DNA of 53,680 nt, taken from the sequence record SRR20825006_1644; one strand, given 5' to 3'. The notes below the pieces were generated by a model that was not told where the DNA came from, did not search any database, and worked only from the letters and a program-made list of their open reading frames with translations. The position numbers and the translations under genes were made by a program. This document shows positions 11,032 through 20,335 of the stretch, in pieces (the stretch's first letter is position 1; every line of letters begins with the position of its first letter).

Positions 11032-12355
11032 TATTTCTCTCTATGAACGGCATCCAGGCCCTAACTCTTACCCCTACGCCGGGGTTAGATTCAAACGCAA
11101 ACTGGCCCCCCATACTCTCGACCCGCTCCCGCATGCCCAGAATACCGAACCCCTCTCCATCAGTTGAACCGCCGACCCCATCATCCTCGACCCTGACAAG
11201 TACTTGTTCCTGCCCTTTGATGATATGCCGCCTCACCGTCACCCTGGCTTTGCCTGCCTCTGAATGGCGGACGACGTTGGTCAGACACTCCTGAACGATG
11301 CGATAGACATGAATCGCTACCTCCTCATCCAGCCAGTCCACTGCCTCGTCATAATTAAGATCGATTTCCAGCGAGGGATGCCGACGCTGCCATTCAGTGA
11401 CCAAATCCGTCAGGGTGGCAGCCAGCCCGAGATCACTCAGACTCAATGGATGCAGGGTACGCATCATGGAACGAACCACGACCGCCAGATGATTACAGAT
11501 ATCAATAATTGAATCGGCAATCTCGTTAATTCTGGCCTGCGGCTGCTTGGTGGCTACGGCCATTGCTTTCACAGCAGTCAGCGACTGTCCCATTTCGTCA
11601 TGCAGTTCCCGTGACATGGTCTGCCGTTCATTTTCCTGAATATGCATGGTATGTCTGGCAAGTGCCTGGTTGTTCTGTCTGGCGGTGTTTAACGCCTCTG
11701 AGAGGTTATTAACTTCAGCAGCAATCGCATCAAACTCGCTGATTTTAAAATTAGGTAGTTTTTTACCGTACTCACCGCTCTCTACCCTTCTGAGACCAGC
11801 GAGAATGGCATGCACACTTCTCAGCATTGACTGAAACACGATATTGATGGCAATAAAAATGACTGTCATCATCAATACAATTGACCAGAAAAAAGCCAGT
11901 GATTCGCTCCAGGCTTCAGCAATTTCATCTATCGGATCAGCACGAATCAGAATGGTTTTGGTTGTGCCGTCCATCAGACGAATATCGTAACTGGCTGACG
12001 GATAATCAGTTGTCACGGCCATTTTGAACCAGGCTGGTGGCATCTCCTCCTGTTCTTCTGTCGTTTCATCTGATAGCCACTCACTTTCAGTACCGTCATC
12101 ATTCACCAGACTGATGTGAATGTGCCGTGTTTGCTGAATGGTGCTGAGCTGACGCATCCAATGCTGCTCACTGACCATGCGATTGGCCGGGTAACTGAAG
12201 CTCAGATCAATCATCTGCAAAGCCAGATTAAAGGAAGAATTAATTTCCTTTTCTACCGACTGGCGGGCCTGCCAGATGGCCATCAGCCCACCAATGATCA
12301 AAATCAACACAACTGAGAGAACAATCCTAGCATTGATCAGGCCTCGTAAACTCAT
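11021..12355 (-). CDS. NarX-type sensor histidine kinase, MoxY/MxaY/MxcQ-like
   Basis: Two TM segments around a periplasmic domain resembling LapD/MoxY_N (MSLR...ARQSVEKEINSS), then HAMP, HisKA_3 (SRELHDEMGQSLT) and HATPase (QECLTNVVRH, DDGVG, GFGILGMRER). Confidence 0.88.
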   Translation of the reverse strand: MSLRGLINARIVLSVVLILIIGGLMAIWQARQSVEKEINSSFNLALQMIDLSFSYPANRMVSEQHWMRQLSTIQQTRHIHISLVNDDGTESEWLSDETTEEQEEMPPAWFKMAVTTDYPSASYDIRLMDGTTKTILIRADPIDEIAEAWSESLAFFWSIVLMMTVIFIAINIVFQSMLRSVHAILAGLRRVESGEYGKKLPNFKISEFDAIAAEVNNLSEALNTARQNNQALARHTMHIQENERQTMSRELHDEMGQSLTAVKAMAVATKQPQARINEIADSIIDICNHLAVVVRSMMRTLHPLSLSDLGLAATLTDLVTEWQRRHPSLEIDLNYDEAVDWLDEEVAIHVYRIVQECLTNVVRHSEAGKARVTVRRHIIKGQEQVLVRVEDDGVGGSTDGEGFGILGMRERVESMGGQFAFESNPGVGVRVRAWMPFIERNNDE

Positions 12356-12361
12356 TGAAAC

Positions 12362-14605
12362 CTACCTGAAACCATTAATGTCACTCATCATATCGTCAAA
12401 TGGCTGGTCTGATACCAGATAGATCATTGATGAGGCATCATCACTGCCAACAGGCCCCAGTCGCCCGCTGTCCATCGCCGAAGCAAGCCAGCTTCCATTA
12501 AGCTCTTCACGTTTCAGTTCAATGACCTTGTCCGAACGGTTAAATAAAGAGACGGCAGTCACGTAGACATTGTGACGTCGCCAGCTCTCCAGCGGCACCG
12601 TTTTAATGGCGGGTTCCGCAAACAATCCTGCAGCAACCGGAATGGCTCTGAGTGATTCATAAGCACTGTCTTCTGCCCGTTGCACATCCGGCGATCTGAT
12701 TTTTTGAGCCGCATAATTGGTCATGTCACGGAAGGCTTCGGCCTGATAGGGTTGCGGGATGATTTCACTCTCCTCTGCCGCTTTATCCACGTTAATAAAC
12801 TTATTATCAAACTCCTGTGACTGCGGGTGCTTCTGATTGTAGTCACGATAAAAGCGATTTTCTGTGGTACGCAGTGATTCACTGTCCTCCGGCACATTCA
12901 TCACCCGGGGGGTAATCAGGAGCACGGTCTCGGTTTCCTGTTCACTCTCTGACGTTGATCGGAACACCCTTCCCAGTACAGGAATTTCACTGAGAATTGG
13001 TACCTTGCGTTCATTCTTGTTGGTACTGGTTCTGATAAGACCGCCGACTGCGACAGTCAGGCCATCTTTGGCCATGACCGTACCTGTCAATCTGGCTGTG
13101 TCTACCGTATCTACCGGTAGATTCTGAACCGAACCGGTTCCATCTGTTATCGGTACTGTGCCGCCTCCGGGGTTAACTGTGGAATTTTCCTGTTCGATTA
13201 AGAGTTCCACGGTTTCATCACCGTTGATTCTTGGCGTGATCCTAAGTGTAATACCAATATCTTCACGATTGATAATCGCCTGCACATAAGAAGGTTGAAC
13301 GACCACACCGTTATCAATGATCGCGGGGAAGAAGTCGAAACCTTCCGTTAATAAGGTTTCTTCACCGATAAACAGCTCGGCCTGACGGTGATTCGACGCG
13401 ACAATCATCGGATTAGAAAGCACCCGGATACGGTTATTCTCTTCCAGGAACTGCAGGTTGGCTCTTAGGCGGCTGTTCAAAAACTCATACACCAAGGTGC
13501 CGTTATTCAAGAGCGCATTATTACCTAACAGCGTGGGTTGCTGGGATTCATTAGCACCACTTGGTTGAATACTGAAATTGAAAATGGAGTTGAAATCTTC
13601 CCCCAGAATCACGCTCAAAATGCGCATCTCCAGCATGACCTGGGGAACAGGAATATCCATCCTGTCGATCAATTGTCTGATGCCTTTGAGCACAGACTTA
13701 TCGTCCGAACGCACCACCAGCATATTGTGTTCGTTATTGACCGTCACATAAATAGGCTGGGATTGAACCGTCGCTTGCTGCAGGGCTTCCTGGCTGACAT
13801 TTCTGCTGCCGGACTGCTCAAGCGCGGCAGCGATTTGTTCGATTTGATCGACCGTCAAGTCATCGCCTTCGAGCTGAGCGCCTGATTGTGTCAGATTGTT
13901 TTGTCCAAAATTGCTTCTGCTACTTCTGCCGCGACTGGAACTGCTCCGGTTGGAACGGGTATTTCTGACTGTGCTATTACCGCCACGAACACTACTAAAA
14001 CCGCCACCCCGGTTCAGGCCACTCGCAGCACTACCATTCCCGGTTCCGAAGCTATTCGATGCCGGCGGTAAGCCGTAGGATAAAATCACCCGCTGACCAA
14101 ACAGATCCTCAATGGCCTGAGCAATAATCAGGACATTGGCATTCAGTAAACGGAAGATTTCAATATTTTCACTCTCGCGAACAATCAGATCTTTGCTGTA
14201 CTGTTCACGGGTCATTATCCGGAATGTGTCGGTATCATCATCATAGCGATACCACAGATCACTGATACGACTGATGGATTTGACGGCATCCAGGACAGTC
14301 ACATTTTTAAGATGAATGGTGACCTGTTTCTGTGCCGCTTCCGGCGTAGCGATGATATTCTGGCGACTCAGCTCCGACAGCGTCCGAACCACATCACTGA
14401 TATTACTACCGGTAAATTCGACCTCTTTAATTCGTGTCGTATTATCCGGGTTGTCTAGAACAGGTCGAGCCGGTATCGGTTGCGGGCGCTCTGCAATGAA
14501 AGGCTGATTAGCAGCAGCCCGGTCTTGCGTTTCAGCCGACACCGGGCTGACAACCATCAGGCCCGCGAGTAAAAAGCTTTTTTTTATTGATTTCATATAA
14601 CTCAT
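12362..14605 (-). CDS. Secretin (GspD/PilQ family) with C-terminal DUF3438-like extension
   Basis: Signal peptide, N-domains and secretin core (QVMLEMRI, LSNPMIVASNHRQAELFIG, GITLRITPRIN, VGGLI, KVPILSEIPVLGRVF, LLITPRV), followed by about 170 extra residues. Confidence 0.9.
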   Translation of the reverse strand: MSYMKSIKKSFLLAGLMVVSPVSAETQDRAAANQPFIAERPQPIPARPVLDNPDNTTRIKEVEFTGSNISDVVRTLSELSRQNIIATPEAAQKQVTIHLKNVTVLDAVKSISRISDLWYRYDDDTDTFRIMTREQYSKDLIVRESENIEIFRLLNANVLIIAQAIEDLFGQRVILSYGLPPASNSFGTGNGSAASGLNRGGGFSSVRGGNSTVRNTRSNRSSSSRGRSSRSNFGQNNLTQSGAQLEGDDLTVDQIEQIAAALEQSGSRNVSQEALQQATVQSQPIYVTVNNEHNMLVVRSDDKSVLKGIRQLIDRMDIPVPQVMLEMRILSVILGEDFNSIFNFSIQPSGANESQQPTLLGNNALLNNGTLVYEFLNSRLRANLQFLEENNRIRVLSNPMIVASNHRQAELFIGEETLLTEGFDFFPAIIDNGVVVQPSYVQAIINREDIGITLRITPRINGDETVELLIEQENSTVNPGGGTVPITDGTGSVQNLPVDTVDTARLTGTVMAKDGLTVAVGGLIRTSTNKNERKVPILSEIPVLGRVFRSTSESEQETETVLLITPRVMNVPEDSESLRTTENRFYRDYNQKHPQSQEFDNKFINVDKAAEESEIIPQPYQAEAFRDMTNYAAQKIRSPDVQRAEDSAYESLRAIPVAAGLFAEPAIKTVPLESWRRHNVYVTAVSLFNRSDKVIELKREELNGSWLASAMDSGRLGPVGSDDASSMIYLVSDQPFDDMMSDINGFR

Positions 14606-15039
14606 CTTAAAACGCGTATACGACCCAATGTTCCGGTCTCAATCGTGATACTCAGGCGGGAAATCTCGGAAATACGAATTGCATTGGCAGGTTGCCGAGG
14701 ATCGATGTTGATCTCGTCCCCTTCTCGCACCATAAAAACGCCTTTTCCCGTGATCTCAAGCAATGCAAGCTGTTCTTGCGCCCCTTCAGGCGTGACAAAA
14801 CCTCTGAGCCGCATCTGGGGTATTTTGATATCAATATCATCGGGAGCAGGCCGAAAACCAAACGCATCAGAATCAATATTGGCCACTGTTCCGGCTTGTT
14901 CATACATCAAGGCACTGGGCGAGAATGGATCACGGATGAATGTTCTATCCGCACTGTTGGCCTGGGACAGGTCGTTGGCAGAAACCACGGTGATGACAGG
15001 TAATAAACTTGCCATCATTATTTTTATAAAAAATTTCAT
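14602..15039 (-). CDS. Exported PilP/GspC-HR-like assembly protein
   Basis: Signal peptide, RDPF motif and beta-rich C-terminus (LRGFV...ALLEI...VREGDEI); immediately upstream of the secretin. Start set at MKFFIK after an AGGA Shine-Dalgarno. Confidence 0.6.
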   Translation of the reverse strand: MKFFIKIMMASLLPVITVVSANDLSQANSADRTFIRDPFSPSALMYEQAGTVANIDSDAFGFRPAPDDIDIKIPQMRLRGFVTPEGAQEQLALLEITGKGVFMVREGDEINIDPRQPANAIRISEISRLSITIETGTLGRIRVLR

Positions 15040-15055
15040 TATGCTTTCCTGCTGG

Positions 15056-16270
15056 TTATGCTGCGAGGGCAAATAGCGCCTGAAAAAAGGCGTAGTAAAC
15101 AAACCCAACCATGCCACCAATCACCAGGATCATGGCTGGCTCGATCATTGCTGAAAGTCGTTTAATACCTATTTCAAGTAAGTTTTGATAATAAATGCCC
15201 AACTCCTGTTGAATTCGATCCAGGGAACCGGTTCTTTCCCCAATAGCGATCATGTGCGTTACCAGAGACGGCATCTGTGGATGCTGAATACTACTGGCAA
15301 GATCACGACCAGACATGACGCTATTTGACGCCTGCTTCAGCTTGTCTGAATAAATCTTGTTCGCTATCAGGTCTGCCGTTATTTTCAATGTGTCAAAAAT
15401 GGTAATACCGCTTCGCATCAGGATAGAAGAAGCCCAATTCAGTTGAGCCATAGAACCGAAAACGATCAGCTTCCCAAACACAGGTACGCTAAGGAGGACA
15501 CGATCAATCCAGCGGCGACCTTTATAAGTCCTGTAGGTAATAAATATGAGGATGATGATGGCGATGCTGACACCAATGATGGTGAGCCCGTTCTCTCTGA
15601 GAAAGGCAGCGCCATCGATCAGTGCCTGGGTCGAATCCGGCAGACGTTTGCCCCGCCCTTGGATAAACTGAGCAAATTTGGGAATAATCATCACGACCAT
15701 AAACACTGCCACACCAATCGCGGCAAGAATCACCACAACTGGATAAATCATCGCGTTAATCATTTGTTTACGTAGTTGCGATTTCTTTTCCAGATGAATC
15801 GCCAGCCGCTCCATGATGACATCCAGTTCACCGGTACTTTCACCGGCAACAACCAGGTTGATGGCGATATTGGGAAATACATCTGGATGTTTACCCAGTG
15901 CCGAGGACAAAGATTGTCCGGCTTCAATATCACGATGCATTTTTCGCAATGCCAGGTTCAGCCGTGGGCTACTCACTTGCGTTGCTGCAAGTTGTAGACA
16001 CTCAGCCAACGGAAGGCCTGCTCTGAGCATGAAGGCCATTTGTCTGTAAAAGAAAATAAGGGCATCCGTGGAAACCGAACGCTGGGTCGCATACCAGTCA
16101 CTGAAATTTTCTTCACCCAGAAAACCACTCCGGCGTCTTTCTTTGATATCAAGAACACGCAGACCTTCGGTGCGTAATGCCTGAGCAACAGCATTGGTAT
16201 TGTCAGCCTGCATTTTGCCTGAAAGCTCTTCACCGGTTCGGCTCAGTGCCTGATAAGCAAACATGGGCAT
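15056..16270 (-). CDS. Inner-membrane platform protein (GspF/PilC family)
   Basis: FAYQA, RQMAFMLRAGLPL, AGESTGELD, AMIYP, GERTGSLD and IEPAMI motifs. Confidence 0.93.
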   Translation of the reverse strand: MPMFAYQALSRTGEELSGKMQADNTNAVAQALRTEGLRVLDIKERRRSGFLGEENFSDWYATQRSVSTDALIFFYRQMAFMLRAGLPLAECLQLAATQVSSPRLNLALRKMHRDIEAGQSLSSALGKHPDVFPNIAINLVVAGESTGELDVIMERLAIHLEKKSQLRKQMINAMIYPVVVILAAIGVAVFMVVMIIPKFAQFIQGRGKRLPDSTQALIDGAAFLRENGLTIIGVSIAIIILIFITYRTYKGRRWIDRVLLSVPVFGKLIVFGSMAQLNWASSILMRSGITIFDTLKITADLIANKIYSDKLKQASNSVMSGRDLASSIQHPQMPSLVTHMIAIGERTGSLDRIQQELGIYYQNLLEIGIKRLSAMIEPAMILVIGGMVGFVYYAFFQALFALAA

Positions 16271-16271
16271 C

Positions 16272-17915
16272 TCAGCTCACCTCCGCTGTGTCATAACGTT
16301 TAAACACGGCAACATCACGAACCTCATCCAGGGTGGTGAGCCCTCTTAATACTTTTTCGCAGCCGTCTTCCCACATAAATTTCAGCGCTTTACCCGCATT
16401 CGCCTCTAAGGTTTCCTCATCAGCGCCTTTTGACACCATCCTGGCGAGCCGCTCATTGAACCATAAGGTTTCGAACAGACCAAGGCGTCCCCTGAAGCCC
16501 TGTCCCTGACAAACTGCGCAGCCCACAGGTTCAAAAATTTCAACCTCGTCTTCCACCCCCAGTAACACGCGCTCGTCCTCATTAGCTGGTCTTGCTTTAG
16601 CACAATGACGACAAAGACGTCTGACAAGACGCTGGGCAATCACTGCTGTCATGGTGGAACCAATCAGAAAGGGTTCACAACCAATATCTACCAGACGAGT
16701 CACAGCACTGACGGCATTGTTGGTATGCAGGGTAGAAAATACGAGGTGACCCGTCATCGCCGCTTTAACCGCAACATCAGCTGTTTCAGAATCACGAATC
16801 TCACCCACCATGAGAACATCCGGGTCATGTCGAAGCAGAGAACGCAAAGCATCGGCAAAATTGATTTTGGGGCCGGTCTGTATTTGCGAAATACCATCGA
16901 TGACATATTCGATCGGGTTTTCAACCGTCATGATATTAATATCAGGATGGTTGATTTCCTGTAGTGCCGCGCACAAGGTTGTCGATTTACCGCTTCCGGT
17001 CGGACCGGTCAGCAAAATCATGCCATAAGGTTTACGAATGGCCTGCTTGAACTCGAGCAGATCATTTTCCAGAAAGCCAAGATCAGTCAGGGTCAAACTG
17101 CTACTCTCACTGCCTAATAAACGCATGGTGATCCGTTCACCAAGTCGGGTAGGCGCAGTCGCTACACGAATGTTGAACTCCATACCGACCGGTGCCGCAA
17201 GATGATAGGAAAAGCCGCCATCTTGGGGCATCCGTTGTTCAGATATATCCAGGCCTGACAATACTTTCACCCTGGAAATCAAGCCTGCCGCCACAGACTG
17301 ATCGGCGTCCAATGGATAATCAGTCAACTTACCATCAACCCTGAAACGGATTCGTAGTCCCTCTTCCTCAGTCATCAAATGGACGTCTGAAGCCCGGTTG
17401 AGATAGGCGTCTCTGAGAACATGATCCAAGACAGCCACCAAGTCTGTCTCTGAGGCACTACTCTCATTGGCCTGAGCCACGGCCGTATTGGCTAGAACTT
17501 TTTTTACAACCAGACGGATACGCTCAGGATCACTCATCGTGACCGGCAGGGCATCACCGACCAGTCGCAGTGCAGAATCAATAGATACCCGATCAGTTGG
17601 ATCACTGATAACCAGCATATCTTCGCCAGCCACAGTCATGACCAGCATTTGCTTGCGGTTGATCAGACTGGATGGCAGTTTTTTAGTCAGCACTGAATTC
17701 AGTTTCGCATCATTCAGGTCAACAAATTGAATACCTTGCTCTTCAGCCAATGCCCGATGCATTGCCGATACAGGCAAACGATAATGTGCCAGTAATTTTG
17801 ACACTAAAGGCACACGTTCTCTTCTGGCAATCAGACGCAGCTGTTCCACGGTCGATTCTTCAATCAGCCCAGTTTGTACCCCTGCCCTTATCAGTTGTTC
17901 ATCTCTGACAGCCAT
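16272..17915 (-). CDS. Assembly ATPase (GspE/PilB family)
   Basis: ASDVH, RFRVDG, Walker A GPTGSGKST, LRHDPDVLMVGEIRD, TGHLVFSTLHTN and tetracysteine CRHC...CAVC. Confidence 0.95.
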   Translation of the reverse strand: MAVRDEQLIRAGVQTGLIEESTVEQLRLIARRERVPLVSKLLAHYRLPVSAMHRALAEEQGIQFVDLNDAKLNSVLTKKLPSSLINRKQMLVMTVAGEDMLVISDPTDRVSIDSALRLVGDALPVTMSDPERIRLVVKKVLANTAVAQANESSASETDLVAVLDHVLRDAYLNRASDVHLMTEEEGLRIRFRVDGKLTDYPLDADQSVAAGLISRVKVLSGLDISEQRMPQDGGFSYHLAAPVGMEFNIRVATAPTRLGERITMRLLGSESSSLTLTDLGFLENDLLEFKQAIRKPYGMILLTGPTGSGKSTTLCAALQEINHPDINIMTVENPIEYVIDGISQIQTGPKINFADALRSLLRHDPDVLMVGEIRDSETADVAVKAAMTGHLVFSTLHTNNAVSAVTRLVDIGCEPFLIGSTMTAVIAQRLVRRLCRHCAKARPANEDERVLLGVEDEVEIFEPVGCAVCQGQGFRGRLGLFETLWFNERLARMVSKGADEETLEANAGKALKFMWEDGCEKVLRGLTTLDEVRDVAVFKRYDTAEVS

Positions 17916-17924
17916 GGAAAACCT

Positions 17925-18581
17925 TTAAAGCGCTAAAATCATTTCAGTCTTAAGCATTTGGGAACTGCCCCTGAAGGGCGAGATTTCCAGTTTATCGATA
18001 TTCAGACGAATGACCGTGACTTGATAAGGAAGCTCATCGAGACCATGAATGAAGCGCCTTAGAGCGAGATAACTGCCATCGACTTCGAGGCGTTGCAGTG
18101 GTCGCTGAAACATCGACCCGGGGGACATACGTGTAATCCAACCGGTGGTGACGGGTGGAATGATTTCGTTGTCATCATTTCCACGCCGGTTGTTGTTTTT
18201 AAGTGGCTGCGGGCGCAAAGCCTCATTGACCCTAATCCTGATGCCACTATCACGAGCCAGTTCAGAAATCTTAACCTTCAATTCCTGTGAATCGACCGGA
18301 GCCAACTGCTGTTCGATCTGTACCGCGCTCTCGCGAATCGCATCGAGGGCTTTTTGCTGATCCTCCAGCTCCCGTTTGATTTCATCTATCCCCTCTTGTG
18401 GTTCAGTCGGAATTTCCATCTTGGCTAGGCGATTCAGCGTCGCATCTTTTTGCTGGTCAAGACTCTGTATGTTCTCCAGTCGAGGCTCGAAACGCAGAAG
18501 ACCATAACCACCAAGAACAATGACCAGTAGTATAATGCCGGCAAGTGCGCGTTCCCGATTATTGAGCTGTTTCAGTTTCAT
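17925..18581 (-). CDS. PilO/GspM-like alignment protein
   Basis: LNNRER followed by a single TM, coiled coil and ferredoxin-like C-terminus (GSYLALRRFIHGLDELP). Confidence 0.7.
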   Translation of the reverse strand: MKLKQLNNRERALAGIILLVIVLGGYGLLRFEPRLENIQSLDQQKDATLNRLAKMEIPTEPQEGIDEIKRELEDQQKALDAIRESAVQIEQQLAPVDSQELKVKISELARDSGIRIRVNEALRPQPLKNNNRRGNDDNEIIPPVTTGWITRMSPGSMFQRPLQRLEVDGSYLALRRFIHGLDELPYQVTVIRLNIDKLEISPFRGSSQMLKTEMILAL

Positions 18582-20335
18582 GCTTGTTTATCCTCAACTG
18601 CAGATTGGGGAATCACACGCACCAAACTCATTGAGACCGAGTAACCCGCCAGGTTCATCGGGCCGGTTTTTTCTGCCACCTGAATATCTCTCACTTCCAT
18701 ATCCCATGCAGCAACAGAAAGCTTCATATTCTGCACAAACTCCTGAGCTGCACTCTCTGTGAGCGCCCAGGCATCAATATTGAAATTATCGGTTTCCACA
18801 ACCCCAGGCTTGTTGAGCGGCGTAGCAGCAGGCTGTACGGTAGCACGACGGCCCATTTCATCAACACGACTAACGATAATCTGTTCGTTGATATTGTTCT
18901 GCAGTACCCCCAGGATGGCTTGTACCAGTAGCGCTCTTTCTGGGAGCGACTGACCGAAAAACTCGAGTCTGGCTTCCATCCGTCGCTGGCTTTCTTTTTG
19001 TTCTTTCAGCTCGGCTTTTTGCTTATCAATCGCTTCACGTTGCTTTTTGATGCGATCCACCGCCGTATCCAGCACCTCGGCCCGCTCATCGATCTCCGCT
19101 TTTTCTTTGCTGATAGCCGCATATTGGACCGACATAGTGACTTCAGAAATAACGATCAGGACCAGCATCGCTGCCACTAAAGCGGCGGCTTGTGTTTCAG
19201 TTCGATGCCAGGTTGGCGGCAAGGGGCCGCCCGGCCTCACGGAACTGATTTTTCTGGCCCCTTTCAGACCAAAAAAGAGTCTTCCGGCAGCAAACATGCC
19301 CGGAGACAACCCATCTCTGTCATCGAACATGACAAGGTCTGGCTCACTGGCGAGTGCCGAGCCCAGACTGCCGCGAAGACCTGGCAAGCTCTCTGGGGGC
19401 GCAGCCAGCACTACACCGGGATGCTGGGTATTCTCAGCATGGAAAACCTCCAGGCAGGCATCCAGCATAGACGCACTGCGGTTGACGTAATGCTGAACGG
19501 AAACAATATGATCCCGTTTCAGGTGGGAGGAGGTGGTAATGAACTCGGTAGTTTCCAGTAAGACAAGATGTTTTTCTGCGCGATCGATCAGCGCTACGCT
19601 GTTACCTGTCAGCGGCATAAGACCGTCCAGTTGAAGCTTGTAGTCCTGACAGAGCTCTTGCCACTTACTGAGCACAGATTGATGGGTCGCTGTGGTCAGC
19701 CAGTTCCACACGCCAGGAGCATCATCGACTTCTCCCTGTGCCGACCATCCACACTGGACCTCATCATCTTCCCCCCGGAGCCAGTCCTGAACCACAAAAA
19801 GTGACTGCGCCTGTTCACGTGTCACATAACCAAGCTCCAAGGCCACTTCACCAAACCGCCTACCGCGCTCGCCTTTTATGACTTCCTGTTTCAGCTGTTT
19901 CTGTGCCTGATTAATTTCCAGCACCTGCTCTGGTGACAGCATGCCGTGAGACTCCATCAACTGTCCCAGCGTCCACTGCAACTGATGTTGCATTAAAAGC
20001 GGTTCGACTTCCCAGCGAATCAACTCATGCATTTGATTGATAGGCTTGGGCTTTTTGGGTGATACGGGCAGTTCAACCAACGCAGACATCACTGATGGTG
20101 TCAGCACGATGATATGCTTTCCTTGCCAGCCCTGGGTTCTTAGAGAACTCAGAATCTGACTGAAAGCCACAGCCGGATCAATACTTTCTGAACTTGCTGT
20201 CGCCTGAACCTGGAGCTTTTTGCCCGCCTTGTTGAACACCGCAGCCTGCATCGACAGGCCCGTCCATTCACAGACCATGACGTTGTTCGGCCGCATTGCG
20301 CTTAATTTATCGGTCAGTTGTTTAAACTTCATCAT
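18578..20335 (-). CDS. PilM/PilN (GspL-like) fusion protein with inserted MshEN-like motif pair
   Basis: Cytoplasmic N-terminal part with PilM-like LP...ELIRWEVEPLL, one TM near residue 390, then coiled coil and PilN-like periplasmic end; operon position fits. Confidence 0.62.
   Translation of the reverse strand: MMKFKQLTDKLSAMRPNNVMVCEWTGLSMQAAVFNKAGKKLQVQATASSESIDPAVAFSQILSSLRTQGWQGKHIIVLTPSVMSALVELPVSPKKPKPINQMHELIRWEVEPLLMQHQLQWTLGQLMESHGMLSPEQVLEINQAQKQLKQEVIKGERGRRFGEVALELGYVTREQAQSLFVVQDWLRGEDDEVQCGWSAQGEVDDAPGVWNWLTTATHQSVLSKWQELCQDYKLQLDGLMPLTGNSVALIDRAEKHLVLLETTEFITTSSHLKRDHIVSVQHYVNRSASMLDACLEVFHAENTQHPGVVLAAPPESLPGLRGSLGSALASEPDLVMFDDRDGLSPGMFAAGRLFFGLKGARKISSVRPGGPLPPTWHRTETQAAALVAAMLVLIVISEVTMSVQYAAISKEKAEIDERAEVLDTAVDRIKKQREAIDKQKAELKEQKESQRRMEARLEFFGQSLPERALLVQAILGVLQNNINEQIIVSRVDEMGRRATVQPAATPLNKPGVVETDNFNIDAWALTESAAQEFVQNMKLSVAAWDMEVRDIQVAEKTGPMNLAGYSVSMSLVRVIPQSAVEDKQA

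Noticed and set aside
12362-12724. ICE or conjugative element implied by the DUF3438-like domain
   Set aside because: No relaxase, VirB4, coupling protein or integrase is present; the domain is fused in frame to the secretin.
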